From the NCBI GenBank assembly GCA_038750375.1, contig JBCDHF010000002.1:1-35923 (forward strand): 35,923 nucleotides of DNA, written 5' to 3'. The DNA is from Cyanobacteria bacterium P01_H01_bin.15 (GTDB lineage: Bacteria > Cyanobacteriota > Cyanobacteriia > Cyanobacteriales > JAAUTE01). Under the pieces are notes generated by a model. That model saw only the letters and a program-made list of their open reading frames with translations, had not been told where the DNA came from and did not search any database. Below, one piece after another: positions 8,602 to 18,043 of this stretch (within the stretch, counting starts at the first letter, position 1; every line of letters starts with the position of its first letter). A program made the position numbers and the translations under genes.

Positions 8602-10821
8602 ATGACTTTCAATCGACGAGAATTTCTTCTATTCATAGCGAGTGGCATGGCTTCGCTGTCTCTCAGTAATTGCCAAGGGTCTAGTGCCAGTAAATCATCG
8701 GTAGCGGCTCAATCTGCTGCCCAAAAATTCCTGTTTACCCCGGTTCGTGTGCCCCATCCTCAGCCCTGGGAAAAATTAGATCCAGCTCAACAAAAAGCTC
8801 AATACGCGACCTACGAAGTTCAAGATGAACTGGTGCTCCCGGAGGGCTACACTTACGACCTCATTGCCTCGTGGGGCGACCCAGTCGGCGACTCCCACTT
8901 TGGTTTTAATAACGACTACGTTGCTTACATCCCCGACTCTGCCGAGCGGGGATTTTTAGTGGTCAACTTTGAATACATTGACGGTCCAATGTGGTTAACG
9001 ACTCATGAAACGGTGACAAAAAAAAATCTGCCGATTCAATCAGTCCTTCAGACCCTCGACGGCGGTGGGGCAATTAACGTGGCTGATTTGCCTGATTCCA
9101 ATCCGCTGAAAGGACAACTCATTGCGATCGCAAAAGCAGGACTCACGGATCTGGGGATGGGGATTTTAGGCATGAGGCAAACGGCAGAGGGGGTCTGGGA
9201 ACGCACATTTGAAGGCGATCGACGTATTACGGGAATTAGTGGTCTGGAAGATGATCGCTACCTCCGATCTACCGGGCCGGCGGTGACAGTCTTCAACAAG
9301 CCGGATAAATTAGGCTATGAAGATGGACTGGGCGCGCGAATTATCGGCACATTCCAGAACTGTGCAGGCGGCACAACGCCTTGGGGGACAGTCCTCAGTG
9401 CGGAAGAGAATTTTCAAAGTCAGGTGCCCGAAGCGGTCAAAGCTGATGGCTCATCGTTTGCTCCACTCCATACCCCATACATTATTGGACAACGGGGGCT
9501 TTCGGGAGCAGCCAATGCTTTCGGGCTGGCGGGGAATAAGTACGGCTGGATGGTGGAAGTCGATCCTAGTAATCCGGACGACTATGGCACCAAGCACACA
9601 CTGTTAGGCCGTTTTCGCCATGAGGCGGTTGCGGTTCGTGCGGAAACCGGCCAACCGCTGACGGTTTATTCCGGTTGCGATCGCAGAGGCGGGCATCTCT
9701 ATAAGTTTGTCTCCCAAGAACGGATTAAAGACCCTACGGACAAAGCTAATTCTGAGCTGTTTGCCGAGGGGATTCTATATGGTGCTCAGCTAGAGCCCGA
9801 CGGGATAGGGCGCTGGCTCCCTCTGTTGCCGGAAACAGCCATCGACCCAGTGCGGCCGTCCACAATAGTTTCAGAACTCCGCGAAGATCAGCAAGTAGTG
9901 GCGTTGCCCCACCCCGATCGTCAGCAGGGCGGCATCTTCTTTGCGACGAATGATCAGCAGATTGAATTATATCGACAGCAATATCAAACCTTAGGTGATT
10001 TATACGTTGGGGAGGGGATCGCAAAACAAGGTGCAATCTTAATTGATGCGCATTTTGCCGCGTCTGCCGTTGGAGTCACCTGTACTGCCCGCCCGGAAGA
10101 TACAGAACTGGCCCCTGACGGCAGCCTATACATAGCGTTTACGTCGGGCACGGGTAGCAGAGAAGGCGGTCCCGACCGGCGGATTTTTGTGGGTCCTCAG
10201 GGGGAAACCAACTATGAATTTGGCTGGATTATGCGATTGATTGAAGATAGCAATGATCCCGCTGCTCAGACCTTTCGCTGGGAAATGTTTGCCCTCGGTG
10301 GGGAGCAAGGAAGCGAAGGGGCAGGATTCTCCAATCCAGATAACTTAGCCTTTGATCGCAAACGCAACCTCTGGATGGTGACGGATATTGGCTCTGGAGC
10401 TCAAAATCGTCCGGTTTCCGTGCGACTGGATGCCCCTGGTGCCCCCCTAGAAAATTCCCGTCAGCTCTTGGGACTGTTTGGTAATAATTCCGCTTGGGTA
10501 ATCCCAACGACGGGAGAAAATGCGGGAGTAGCAGTTCCCTTTGCGATCGCGCCGATGGAATCCGAAATTTGTGGCCCCTGTTTCGGACCCGCCGACAAAA
10601 CCTTATTTATGGCTCTGCAACACCCCGGCGAAATTCGCGGTCCCCGCCAAAATGCTCGGAGCGCAACAGGCATCTACTCGATGCAAACGACAAATGGGGA
10701 TGTCTTTATGCAAAATCGGCGCGTCCCGCTCGGCTCCAATTGGCCAGCGAACAGGGACAAACAGGTGCCACGTCCCAGTCTGGTCGCGGTTCGGCGGCTA
10801 GATGGGCAGAGTATTACTTAA
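8602..10821 (+). CDS. phoX: PhoX-like (DUF839) secreted phosphatase with Tat signal
   Basis: The preferred start is ATG 8602, giving MTFNRREFLLFIASGMASLS with a twin-arginine motif. The ORF track's GTG at 8587 adds 5 aa. The motif NCAGGTTPWGTVLSAEEN is typical of PhoX/DUF839 as I recall it. Confidence 0.8.
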   Translation: MTFNRREFLLFIASGMASLSLSNCQGSSASKSSVAAQSAAQKFLFTPVRVPHPQPWEKLDPAQQKAQYATYEVQDELVLPEGYTYDLIASWGDPVGDSHFGFNNDYVAYIPDSAERGFLVVNFEYIDGPMWLTTHETVTKKNLPIQSVLQTLDGGGAINVADLPDSNPLKGQLIAIAKAGLTDLGMGILGMRQTAEGVWERTFEGDRRITGISGLEDDRYLRSTGPAVTVFNKPDKLGYEDGLGARIIGTFQNCAGGTTPWGTVLSAEENFQSQVPEAVKADGSSFAPLHTPYIIGQRGLSGAANAFGLAGNKYGWMVEVDPSNPDDYGTKHTLLGRFRHEAVAVRAETGQPLTVYSGCDRRGGHLYKFVSQERIKDPTDKANSELFAEGILYGAQLEPDGIGRWLPLLPETAIDPVRPSTIVSELREDQQVVALPHPDRQQGGIFFATNDQQIELYRQQYQTLGDLYVGEGIAKQGAILIDAHFAASAVGVTCTARPEDTELAPDGSLYIAFTSGTGSREGGPDRRIFVGPQGETNYEFGWIMRLIEDSNDPAAQTFRWEMFALGGEQGSEGAGFSNPDNLAFDRKRNLWMVTDIGSGAQNRPVSVRLDAPGAPLENSRQLLGLFGNNSAWVIPTTGENAGVAVPFAIAPMESEICGPCFGPADKTLFMALQHPGEIRGPRQNARSATGIYSMQTTNGDVFMQNRRVPLGSNWPANRDKQVPRPSLVAVRRLDGQSIT

Positions 10822-11210
10822 GTTCTGACTAAAGACCGTACAATCTTGACTCAATCTCTGGTGAGCCTCTCATTTGCTGGGATCCATAGAACTTCACTTG
10901 TTCATCCATGCAAGATCGAAGACGATTTGAGCAAATTTGGGGGTCTTTGGCGAGCAAAGCCTTATGCGGCCAAATGCGATGCTAGAGAGGAAGATCGTGC
11001 GGAGGTAAGGTCCCTTAGCAAACATTCGTACCGTATTTAAACAAATTTTTCGGTATTCTCGGATTTCGAATGCTAATATGTGGTCGATGAATAAGATTAC
11101 GGCAGTAGATTTTGTTTTCAGCTTCAACAGGTTTTGTCCAGTTCAGTCTTGAAAGGTTCTCTCCGAAATCCCAATCTCAACACAACGTTCAAATTTTACG
11201 GAGATAATCC

Positions 11211-11477
11211 ATGTCCATTTACGTAGGAAACTTATCCTTCAAAGTTACTGCGGAAGACCTGAGAACGGTCTTTTCCGAGTACGGTTCAGTTAGTAATGTT
11301 TCTCTGCCCGTCGATCGTGAGACCGGCCGTGTTCGCGGCTTTGGTTTTGTCGAAATGAGTGAAGAAGCTCAAGAGAATGCCGCCATTGAAGCTCTTGACG
11401 GAGCTGATTGGATGGGCCGGACCATGAAAGTGAACAAGGCTCGACCCAGAGAGAGTCGTCCGCCTCGTAACTTCTAA
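11211..11477 (+). CDS. RRM-type RNA-binding protein, short form without glycine-rich tail
   Basis: 88 aa. RNP2 is IYVGNL and RNP1 is RGFGFVEM. A GGAG lies 7 nt upstream of the ATG. Confidence 0.92.
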   Translation: MSIYVGNLSFKVTAEDLRTVFSEYGSVSNVSLPVDRETGRVRGFGFVEMSEEAQENAAIEALDGADWMGRTMKVNKARPRESRPPRNF

Positions 11478-11506
11478 ACTCCATTAGTTTTAAGCTCTAA
11501 CCCCTG

Positions 11507-11565
11507 GGGCTGAGAAGTTGGTTCTTCATTGTTGAGTCCAGCTTTTCAGCCCTTGTTTTGTGGTG
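11507..11565 (+). terminator. Intrinsic terminator after the rbp gene
   Basis: A 15-bp stem, including two G:U pairs, forms between gggctgagaagttgg (11507-11521) and ccagcttttcagccc (11538-11552). The T-rich stretch ttgttttgtggtgttt follows. Confidence 0.6.
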
Positions 11566-11864
11566 TTTGCCAGTACAACAACCGCCACCTTCGTAAGGGG
11601 TCGCACCTACAAGAACGCATTAAAATTGAAGCTCAAAACTAGACGTATCCTAAGCGTTCTGGTGAAGGCGATATTTTTAGACCCCGTTGTTTCTAAGTTG
11701 CCTCATCTGTCAATTTGGACTGACAATCACCTCCACAAAATCGAACTCTACACGCTCTGCAGCGGCCGTCGAGACGGTAGCAATGGGATAAAAAATCCTT
11801 GCGTTACACTTGACCCAAATTATTCTAAAGAGCCCCATACAGCAATTGACCGGGAGATACGCAT

Positions 11865-13760
11865 ATGTGTGGAATCGTAGGTTACATCGGCACCCAAGTC
11901 GCCACAGAGATCTTGCTGTCTGGACTAGAGCGTTTGGAGTATCGTGGTTATGATTCAGCTGGGATTGCTACCGCTGCTGAAGGAGAAATCCATTTGGTGC
12001 GGGCTAAAGGCAAACTCCAGAATTTGCGCGAAAAGCTAGAGCGAGAGGCGGTTTATGCCCACCTCGGCATTGGTCATACCCGTTGGGCCACCCACGGTAA
12101 ACCAGAAGAACATAACGCTCATCCCCATTTGGATGCTCACGGCCGCATAGCGGTGGTTCAAAACGGCATTATTGAAAATCATCGGGAATTGCGCCAAGAA
12201 TTAGAAGTGGCGGGGCATTCCTTCAAGTCTGAGACGGACACAGAAGTCATTCCCCATCTCATTTCCTCGCTGTTACCAGCCGAGACCGATAGTCTCAACG
12301 CCCCAGACGCCTTGCTTGATGCCGTACAATCGGCGATCACAAGATTATCAGGTGCTTTTGCGATCGCAGTTATTTCGGCGGATTTTCCGGACGAGCTGCT
12401 AGTCGCCCGGCAGCAGGCGCCTTTAGTGGTGGGCTTTGGGCAAGGGGAATTTTTCTGCGCTTCAGATGTGACCGCCCTCGTTCCCCATACGCGAGCGGTG
12501 CTGAGCTTAGAGAACGGCGAAATTGCTCGCCTTACGCCCTTGGGAGTGGAGGTCTACAACTTCCAAGGTGAACGGTTACGCAAGCTGCCCCGTGTCTTAA
12601 ATATGTCGCCGGTCCAAACTGAGAAACAGGGCTTCCGGCACTTTATGCTCAAGGAAATTCACGAGCAGCCGAATGTCGTTCGCACCTGTTTTGAATCCTA
12701 CTTCGATAACTTATGGCAACCGGGCTCTACCGAGCGTTCACCCGTGAATTTAACGCTGCCGCCCGGGTTTTTAGCAGATCTCAATAATATTCATGTGGTC
12801 GCCTGCGGGACGAGTTGGCATGCCAGCTTAGTCGGGAAATATCTTCTGGAGCAATTGGCTCACCTACCGACCGCCGTCAGTTATTCCTCCGAATTCCGCT
12901 ATAGTCCTGCACCACTGACACCCAATACGCTGATGGTGGGAGTGACCCAGTCGGGTGAGACGGCAGATACTTTAGCGGCGCTGGAAATGGAGCGCTATCG
13001 TCGGGTCGAAAAAGGTGACGCCTATCAATCCCGGTTGCTAGGCATTACTAACCGACCGGAAAGTTCATTAGGTGAGCTGGTTGACCATCTTATCGATACC
13101 CAGGCCGGTATCGAAATCGGGGTGGCTGCCACCAAGACGTTTATTGCCCAAGTGATGGGTTTTTACTGCCTGACCTTAGAGTTAGCCCATCGTCGACAGA
13201 CTATTGGTCCAAGTCGTTTGGAAAGCCTAATTAAAGGACTCGCCCAGCTACCAGCACAAATTGAGTTAATCATTGAAAGTCAGAAAAACGCGATTGAGGA
13301 ATTAGCACACGAGTTCGTCGAGACCCAAGATTTTGTCTTTGTCGGTCGCGGCATTAACTTCCCCATTGCGTTGGAAGGAGCGCTGAAGCTTAAAGAAATT
13401 AGCTATATCCACGCAGAAGGCTATCCTGCAGGGGAACTCAAGCATGGGCCGATTGCACTGCTCGACTCCAAAGTTCCGGTAGTTGCGATCGCAATGCCGG
13501 GTACGGTGTATGACAAAGTGCTTTCAAACGCGCAGGAAGCCAAAGCGCGAGATGCGCGTTTGATTGGTGTGATGGCGGGTGATGATGAGGCAGCTTTAGA
13601 GTTGTTTGATGATCATTTAGTTGTACCGGTTGTTGATGAATTGTTGTCGCCAATCTTAAGCGTTGTGCCGTTGCAGTTGTTGGCTTACCACATTGCTGCC
13701 CTCAGAGGTTTAGATGTTGATCAGCCGAGAAATTTGGCGAAGTCAGTTACTGTGGAATAA
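11865..13760 (+). CDS. glmS: Glutamine--fructose-6-phosphate aminotransferase
   Basis: 631 aa. It has the MCGIVGY N-terminal nucleophile Cys, two SIS domains, and the canonical C-terminal KSVTVE. Confidence 0.97.
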   Translation: MCGIVGYIGTQVATEILLSGLERLEYRGYDSAGIATAAEGEIHLVRAKGKLQNLREKLEREAVYAHLGIGHTRWATHGKPEEHNAHPHLDAHGRIAVVQNGIIENHRELRQELEVAGHSFKSETDTEVIPHLISSLLPAETDSLNAPDALLDAVQSAITRLSGAFAIAVISADFPDELLVARQQAPLVVGFGQGEFFCASDVTALVPHTRAVLSLENGEIARLTPLGVEVYNFQGERLRKLPRVLNMSPVQTEKQGFRHFMLKEIHEQPNVVRTCFESYFDNLWQPGSTERSPVNLTLPPGFLADLNNIHVVACGTSWHASLVGKYLLEQLAHLPTAVSYSSEFRYSPAPLTPNTLMVGVTQSGETADTLAALEMERYRRVEKGDAYQSRLLGITNRPESSLGELVDHLIDTQAGIEIGVAATKTFIAQVMGFYCLTLELAHRRQTIGPSRLESLIKGLAQLPAQIELIIESQKNAIEELAHEFVETQDFVFVGRGINFPIALEGALKLKEISYIHAEGYPAGELKHGPIALLDSKVPVVAIAMPGTVYDKVLSNAQEAKARDARLIGVMAGDDEAALELFDDHLVVPVVDELLSPILSVVPLQLLAYHIAALRGLDVDQPRNLAKSVTVE

Positions 13761-13894
13761 TGGCGTTGAAGGCACTTTGGGGAGTAGGCGTCATGAAGAA
13801 ACGGTTGCCATTATTGCAACATCACCCTGACTAAGCAGTCTCAGTGTCAGACTGGAGATCAATTGAAATTACTGGTGAATAGAACACATCTGCT

Positions 13895-14638
13895 ATGTTG
13901 CAAAAACGTTTGTGCCCTTTGTTTGCTGTTTTGTTGTTAGGAGCCGTTTCTCCGTTCCCGACGAATTCGCTCTTTTCTCCATCTCCTGCTATGGCTGCTG
14001 AAACCTCTGAGCGTATTTTGACCGTTACCGGCACGGGGCAGCAGTCGCTCCCGACAACTCAGGCTCAGGTGTCATTAGGTGTTGAAGTTCAAGGTCAAAC
14101 CGCGGCAGAAGTTCAAGAACAAATCGCTCGACAATCTAATGCCGTCATCGATTATTTGCGATCTCAAAACGTGGAGAAGCTGGAAACGACCAGTATTCGA
14201 CTCAACCCGCAATACGATCGGCGGACGAATAACCAACCGCAGTTAATCGGCTATGTCGGAAGTAATGTGGTGAGTTTCCAGGTCCCGGTTGAGGCTACTG
14301 GGGAAATTATTGACGGCGCGATCGCCCAAGGGGCTACCAAAGTGCAGAATATTTCCTTTTCAGCGGCGGATGAGGCCATTGATAATGCTAAACAAAGTGC
14401 ATTAGAAAAAGCCGTTGCTGATGCTCAGCGTAAAGCGAATACGGTTTTAAGCGTGCTGGATTTAGGCGCTCAAGAGATTGTCTTTATCCAAATCGATGGT
14501 GCCGCTAGACCTTTCCCGGTATCCTTGCCGGGACGCGCCGCTGTTACTTCTTTCAGTGCTGACAGCGCACCTCCGACGCCGGTAGTGGGTGGAGAAACAA
14601 GCGTTTCGGCACAAGTTACACTGCATATTCGTTATTAG
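13895..14638 (+). CDS. SIMPL/DUF541 periplasmic protein (BP26/YggE-like)
   Basis: 247 aa. The signal peptide ends in ...PSPAMA. The mature part has the SIMPL-like pattern ILTVTGTGQ...V.LGVE....A.E. Confidence 0.75.
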   Translation: MLQKRLCPLFAVLLLGAVSPFPTNSLFSPSPAMAAETSERILTVTGTGQQSLPTTQAQVSLGVEVQGQTAAEVQEQIARQSNAVIDYLRSQNVEKLETTSIRLNPQYDRRTNNQPQLIGYVGSNVVSFQVPVEATGEIIDGAIAQGATKVQNISFSAADEAIDNAKQSALEKAVADAQRKANTVLSVLDLGAQEIVFIQIDGAARPFPVSLPGRAAVTSFSADSAPPTPVVGGETSVSAQVTLHIRY

Positions 14639-14663
14639 ATCTGCAGAGAGTTCATCGTCGCGC

Positions 14664-16538
14664 ATGCCCTTACGATCTGTTGGCCGACAATTGGGGACCG
14701 CTGGTTTGTGCCTTTTAAGCGGTCTCTTCTGGAGTTGTGATCGCAAAACAGTTACACATGTCCCAGAACCCCCTCCCAAATATTTAGCGAACGGTCGTCC
14801 AGCCTTAAATCCCTTGCCTCAGGCGCAAATCTGGGAATGCGAAGTGGCTGTAATTGGAGGCTCTTTGGGGGGCATCGCGGCGGCATATCACGCGATGAAA
14901 GCCGGTGCCCAGACCTGTTTAATTGAAGTTTCTCCTTGGCTGGGCGGTCAGATCAGCGCCCAAGGAGTTTCCGCGATCGATGAGTCGTTGGCCATGCGCG
15001 CCAAACAGAATTACTCGGCTAGCTGGCAGACCTTTAAACAAACCATTGCTAGGCAGCCTTTAGGAGCAGCCGATTGGCATGACTTGCCAGCCGACACCCC
15101 AGTGGCTGATATCAATAGCTGTTGGGTCGGACATCTCTGTTTTCCTCCTCGTCAGGGTGCCGAAGCTGCGGCGGACTTCCTGGAGTTGGCGGTTCCCAGT
15201 TCTCCCAACAGTCAATGGGCGACTCAAACGGCATTCAAAGGAGCAGAATTTGACGAGACGGGACGGGAGATTACGGCTATCTACGCCGTTACGCGATCGC
15301 AAAAAAATCCGAACACGGCCCCCAGCGGCAGCCTTTCTCGGGAACTTGCGTCTTGGTATGGGTGGTCAGAGGATGAGAATTTTACGAAAAAAGCCCTCAA
15401 ACTGCAGGCGCCCGCTGGGAAAAAGCTGATCGTCATTGATGCTACCGATACCGGGGAATTGGTGGGCTGGGCAGGAATTCCGCACCGGTTAGGGTCTGAA
15501 TCCAAAGCCACGACAGGCGAAGTCAACGCGTCTGATTTTGATAACCCGGACTGCACTCAAGCATTTACCTACACCTTCGGTCTACAACTCGGACAGGATC
15601 GCAAAGACGAGCTGACCTATTTTGTGCCCACTGAACCCGGCTATCCCATCCACGAACATCATCGAGATTTTCAGTTTGAAGGATTTCCCGTCTTTTCTGG
15701 ACGCAGTTTTTTCCACTACCGCCGCATCTTCAGCACCACCAGGAATGATCCCTTTACCGGCACACCGAGTGAGGGGGATATCACTCTGGTCAACTGGAAC
15801 CGTGGCAATGACTGGACTTGGATGAATCCACCGCTGATTTTGACCGCAGACCAACTGGTTGAATCGGGTCAACAGCAAAACTGGCTAGGAGGCATCGCGA
15901 TCGCAGCCCTCAGACATGGGGAAGAGCGGGCACTATTGTTTGCAGATTGGCTCATTGATACTCAATCTCAACCGTCTTTTAAATTGCAGTATTTGGCGGG
16001 GGCAGACAGTCCCTTTGGCACTGAATCGGGGTTAAGCATGGTGCCCTATATCCGGGAAGGGCGGCGAATTTTGGGGCGATCAACAGCAGAGCAACCGGAA
16101 TTTTTAATGCTGGAAGCGGATTTACGCAAAGATTTGCCTGGCGGGAGAGATTTCAGCGGCTCGGTGATGGGTGTGACTCACTACGACATCGATATGCATG
16201 GCTGTCGCTATCGTAACTGGGAGCCATCCGGAGAGGCGGGCAGTGCGCCAGCTCGTGAATTTGTGGTGCGACCAGTCCAAATTCCCTTGGAAGCGCTCAT
16301 TCCTCAAGGCGTCGATAATGCGCTTATCGGCGGTAAGGGGATCGCAGTCAGTCATATCGTCAATGCGGTAACTCGAATTCATCACGGGGAATATGCCATC
16401 GGTGGTGCGGCGGGAGTCACTGCGGCTTGGCTGACGACCGACGCAACCGAGTTAGAACCAGCAGATATCATTCCAGCTGGACGCATGTCGGAATTGCAAA
16501 CATATCTGGAAAAACAAGGGCTACGTCTAAGCTGGTGA
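14664..16538 (+). CDS. FAD-dependent oxidoreductase (PF12831-like) with N-terminal hydrophobic signal/anchor
   Basis: The start is moved to ATG 14664, because the ORF-track start at 14589 overlaps the preceding gene by 50 nt. The dinucleotide-binding motif is VAVIGGSLGGIAAAYHAMKAGAQTCLIEVSPWLGGQ. The N-terminus is MPLRSVGRQLGTAGLCLLSGLFWSC. Confidence 0.8.
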   Translation: MPLRSVGRQLGTAGLCLLSGLFWSCDRKTVTHVPEPPPKYLANGRPALNPLPQAQIWECEVAVIGGSLGGIAAAYHAMKAGAQTCLIEVSPWLGGQISAQGVSAIDESLAMRAKQNYSASWQTFKQTIARQPLGAADWHDLPADTPVADINSCWVGHLCFPPRQGAEAAADFLELAVPSSPNSQWATQTAFKGAEFDETGREITAIYAVTRSQKNPNTAPSGSLSRELASWYGWSEDENFTKKALKLQAPAGKKLIVIDATDTGELVGWAGIPHRLGSESKATTGEVNASDFDNPDCTQAFTYTFGLQLGQDRKDELTYFVPTEPGYPIHEHHRDFQFEGFPVFSGRSFFHYRRIFSTTRNDPFTGTPSEGDITLVNWNRGNDWTWMNPPLILTADQLVESGQQQNWLGGIAIAALRHGEERALLFADWLIDTQSQPSFKLQYLAGADSPFGTESGLSMVPYIREGRRILGRSTAEQPEFLMLEADLRKDLPGGRDFSGSVMGVTHYDIDMHGCRYRNWEPSGEAGSAPAREFVVRPVQIPLEALIPQGVDNALIGGKGIAVSHIVNAVTRIHHGEYAIGGAAGVTAAWLTTDATELEPADIIPAGRMSELQTYLEKQGLRLSW

Positions 16539-16578
16539 TTAGCCTAAAGAGGCTTAGTCCCTCCTTTCTCCAGCTCTT

Positions 16579-18024
16579 ATGGACTTTTCATTGAGCAATC
16601 GTTTTGAGCAACAACTCAATGCCTCCCCCCTGACCCGCAATATGTGGCTGCTGTGGGCGCTCTCAGCGGGTCTGATCATGCTGGATGGATTTGATTTTTT
16701 TATCATCGGCGTAGCCTTGCCGTTCCTAAAGCAGGATTTTCAGCTAAGTGCAGCCGCTATTGGCTTAACGGCTGTTGCCGCGATCGCGGGTTCTCTGTTC
16801 GGCTCTTTGACGTTGGGTCCGGTAACGGATCGTATTGGACGTCAAAAAATGTTGGTGATAGATGTTGTAATTTTTGTCTTAGCGACGGCAGGCACAGCTC
16901 TGGCATGGAATGTAGAAGCGTTGGTGCTGTTTCGCTTTGTGGTTGGCGTGGGAATTGGTGCAGATTATCCGATAAGTGTCTCGTATATCACGGAAAATAT
17001 TCCAGCGCGACGTCGCGGTCAGATGGTGATTGGTGCGTTCGCTTTTCAGGCAGTGGGCGCATTGTTAGGCGCCATAACAGGTGTAGTCGTGATTAAAGCT
17101 TTCAGCACTATGACTGGGGGAGAGCTGCTAGCGATACAGTATGCCTGGCGAATCATGTTGGGGATTGGGGGGGGGTTGGCGTTGGGGGTTGCGGCTTTAC
17201 GCCTGGGCTTTACGCTAGAAAGCCCGTCTTATCATATTGCTCGTCAAGAATATGAGTTAGCCTCAGAAACAGCATCATTTTTGTTGGCGAAAGAAATCAC
17301 CATCACGGCGGAATCAGACCCCCCACCAGAAACAGAAGCTACGAATTATGGCTCATTGTTTTCGGCGCCATATCGATCACGTACCCTCTTGGCATCAGTA
17401 CCTTGGTTTTTGCAGGATATAGCGACCTATGGCGTAGGCATATTTACACCGACGATTATTAGTGCGATCGCATTTTCGGGCAAGGACAGTTTTTTAGCGA
17501 GGGAAACTGCTGCGGCTCAAGGGGCCGCGTTAGTGGACTGCTTTTTAATTTTTGGATTTCTACTGGCAATTTGGCTAGTAGAGCGCTGGGGTCGTGTTCG
17601 GCTACAAATCAGCGGATTTGTGGGCATGGCGATCGGATTAGCCGTTTTAGCCTATGCCAGTACCCAAAATGCCGAGACGACTTGGGGGCTGAGTCTCGTA
17701 TTTATCGGCTTTATTGTGTTTAATCTGTCGATGAATGCGGGTCCAAACGCCACTACCTTCCTGCTCTCAGGGGAAGTCTTTCCGCCCGTAATTCGTGCAA
17801 GTGGTGCTGGCTTAGCGGCCGCGATCGCAAAACTGGGAGCAGTAGCCGGAACCTTTGGCTTACCACTGTTACAGTCTCAGCTCGGAGACACCTGGGTCCT
17901 GAGCTTACTTCCGGTAGTATGCTTACTCGCGGCAGGAATTACCTGGCAATATCGGACATCCGCCAAGGATTTAATTCAAACACCAGTCCAGGCGATTGCT
18001 CTCAACACCAGTGAGTTAACTTAA
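16579..18024 (+). CDS. MFS transporter (sugar-porter / Pho84-like subfamily features)
   Basis: 481 aa with about 12 hydrophobic segments. MFS motif A is GPVTDRIGRQK. The GIGADYPIS motif resembles the GGDYPLS of PHS/Pho84-type carriers. An LESPSY motif follows TM6. Confidence 0.85.
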   Translation: MDFSLSNRFEQQLNASPLTRNMWLLWALSAGLIMLDGFDFFIIGVALPFLKQDFQLSAAAIGLTAVAAIAGSLFGSLTLGPVTDRIGRQKMLVIDVVIFVLATAGTALAWNVEALVLFRFVVGVGIGADYPISVSYITENIPARRRGQMVIGAFAFQAVGALLGAITGVVVIKAFSTMTGGELLAIQYAWRIMLGIGGGLALGVAALRLGFTLESPSYHIARQEYELASETASFLLAKEITITAESDPPPETEATNYGSLFSAPYRSRTLLASVPWFLQDIATYGVGIFTPTIISAIAFSGKDSFLARETAAAQGAALVDCFLIFGFLLAIWLVERWGRVRLQISGFVGMAIGLAVLAYASTQNAETTWGLSLVFIGFIVFNLSMNAGPNATTFLLSGEVFPPVIRASGAGLAAAIAKLGAVAGTFGLPLLQSQLGDTWVLSLLPVVCLLAAGITWQYRTSAKDLIQTPVQAIALNTSELT

Positions 18025-18043
18025 TTTGAGGGAGCGTAAGCGA

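Noticed and set aside
10494-10832. 112-aa and 86-aa plus-strand ORFs overlapping the 3' end of phoX. Several minus-strand ORFs between 9746 and 10673 belong in the same class.
   Set aside because: These are alternative-frame or antisense shadows of the PhoX frame with non-protein-like composition.
11560-11880. 106-aa ORF upstream of and overlapping the glmS start. I also considered a glmS ribozyme in this leader.
   Set aside because: The ORF has a GTG start without an RBS, an implausible sequence, and runs into the glmS start. From memory, the glmS ribozyme is a Gram-positive (Firmicutes-type) element, and I see nothing resembling its conserved core here. A covariance-model scan would be the decisive test.
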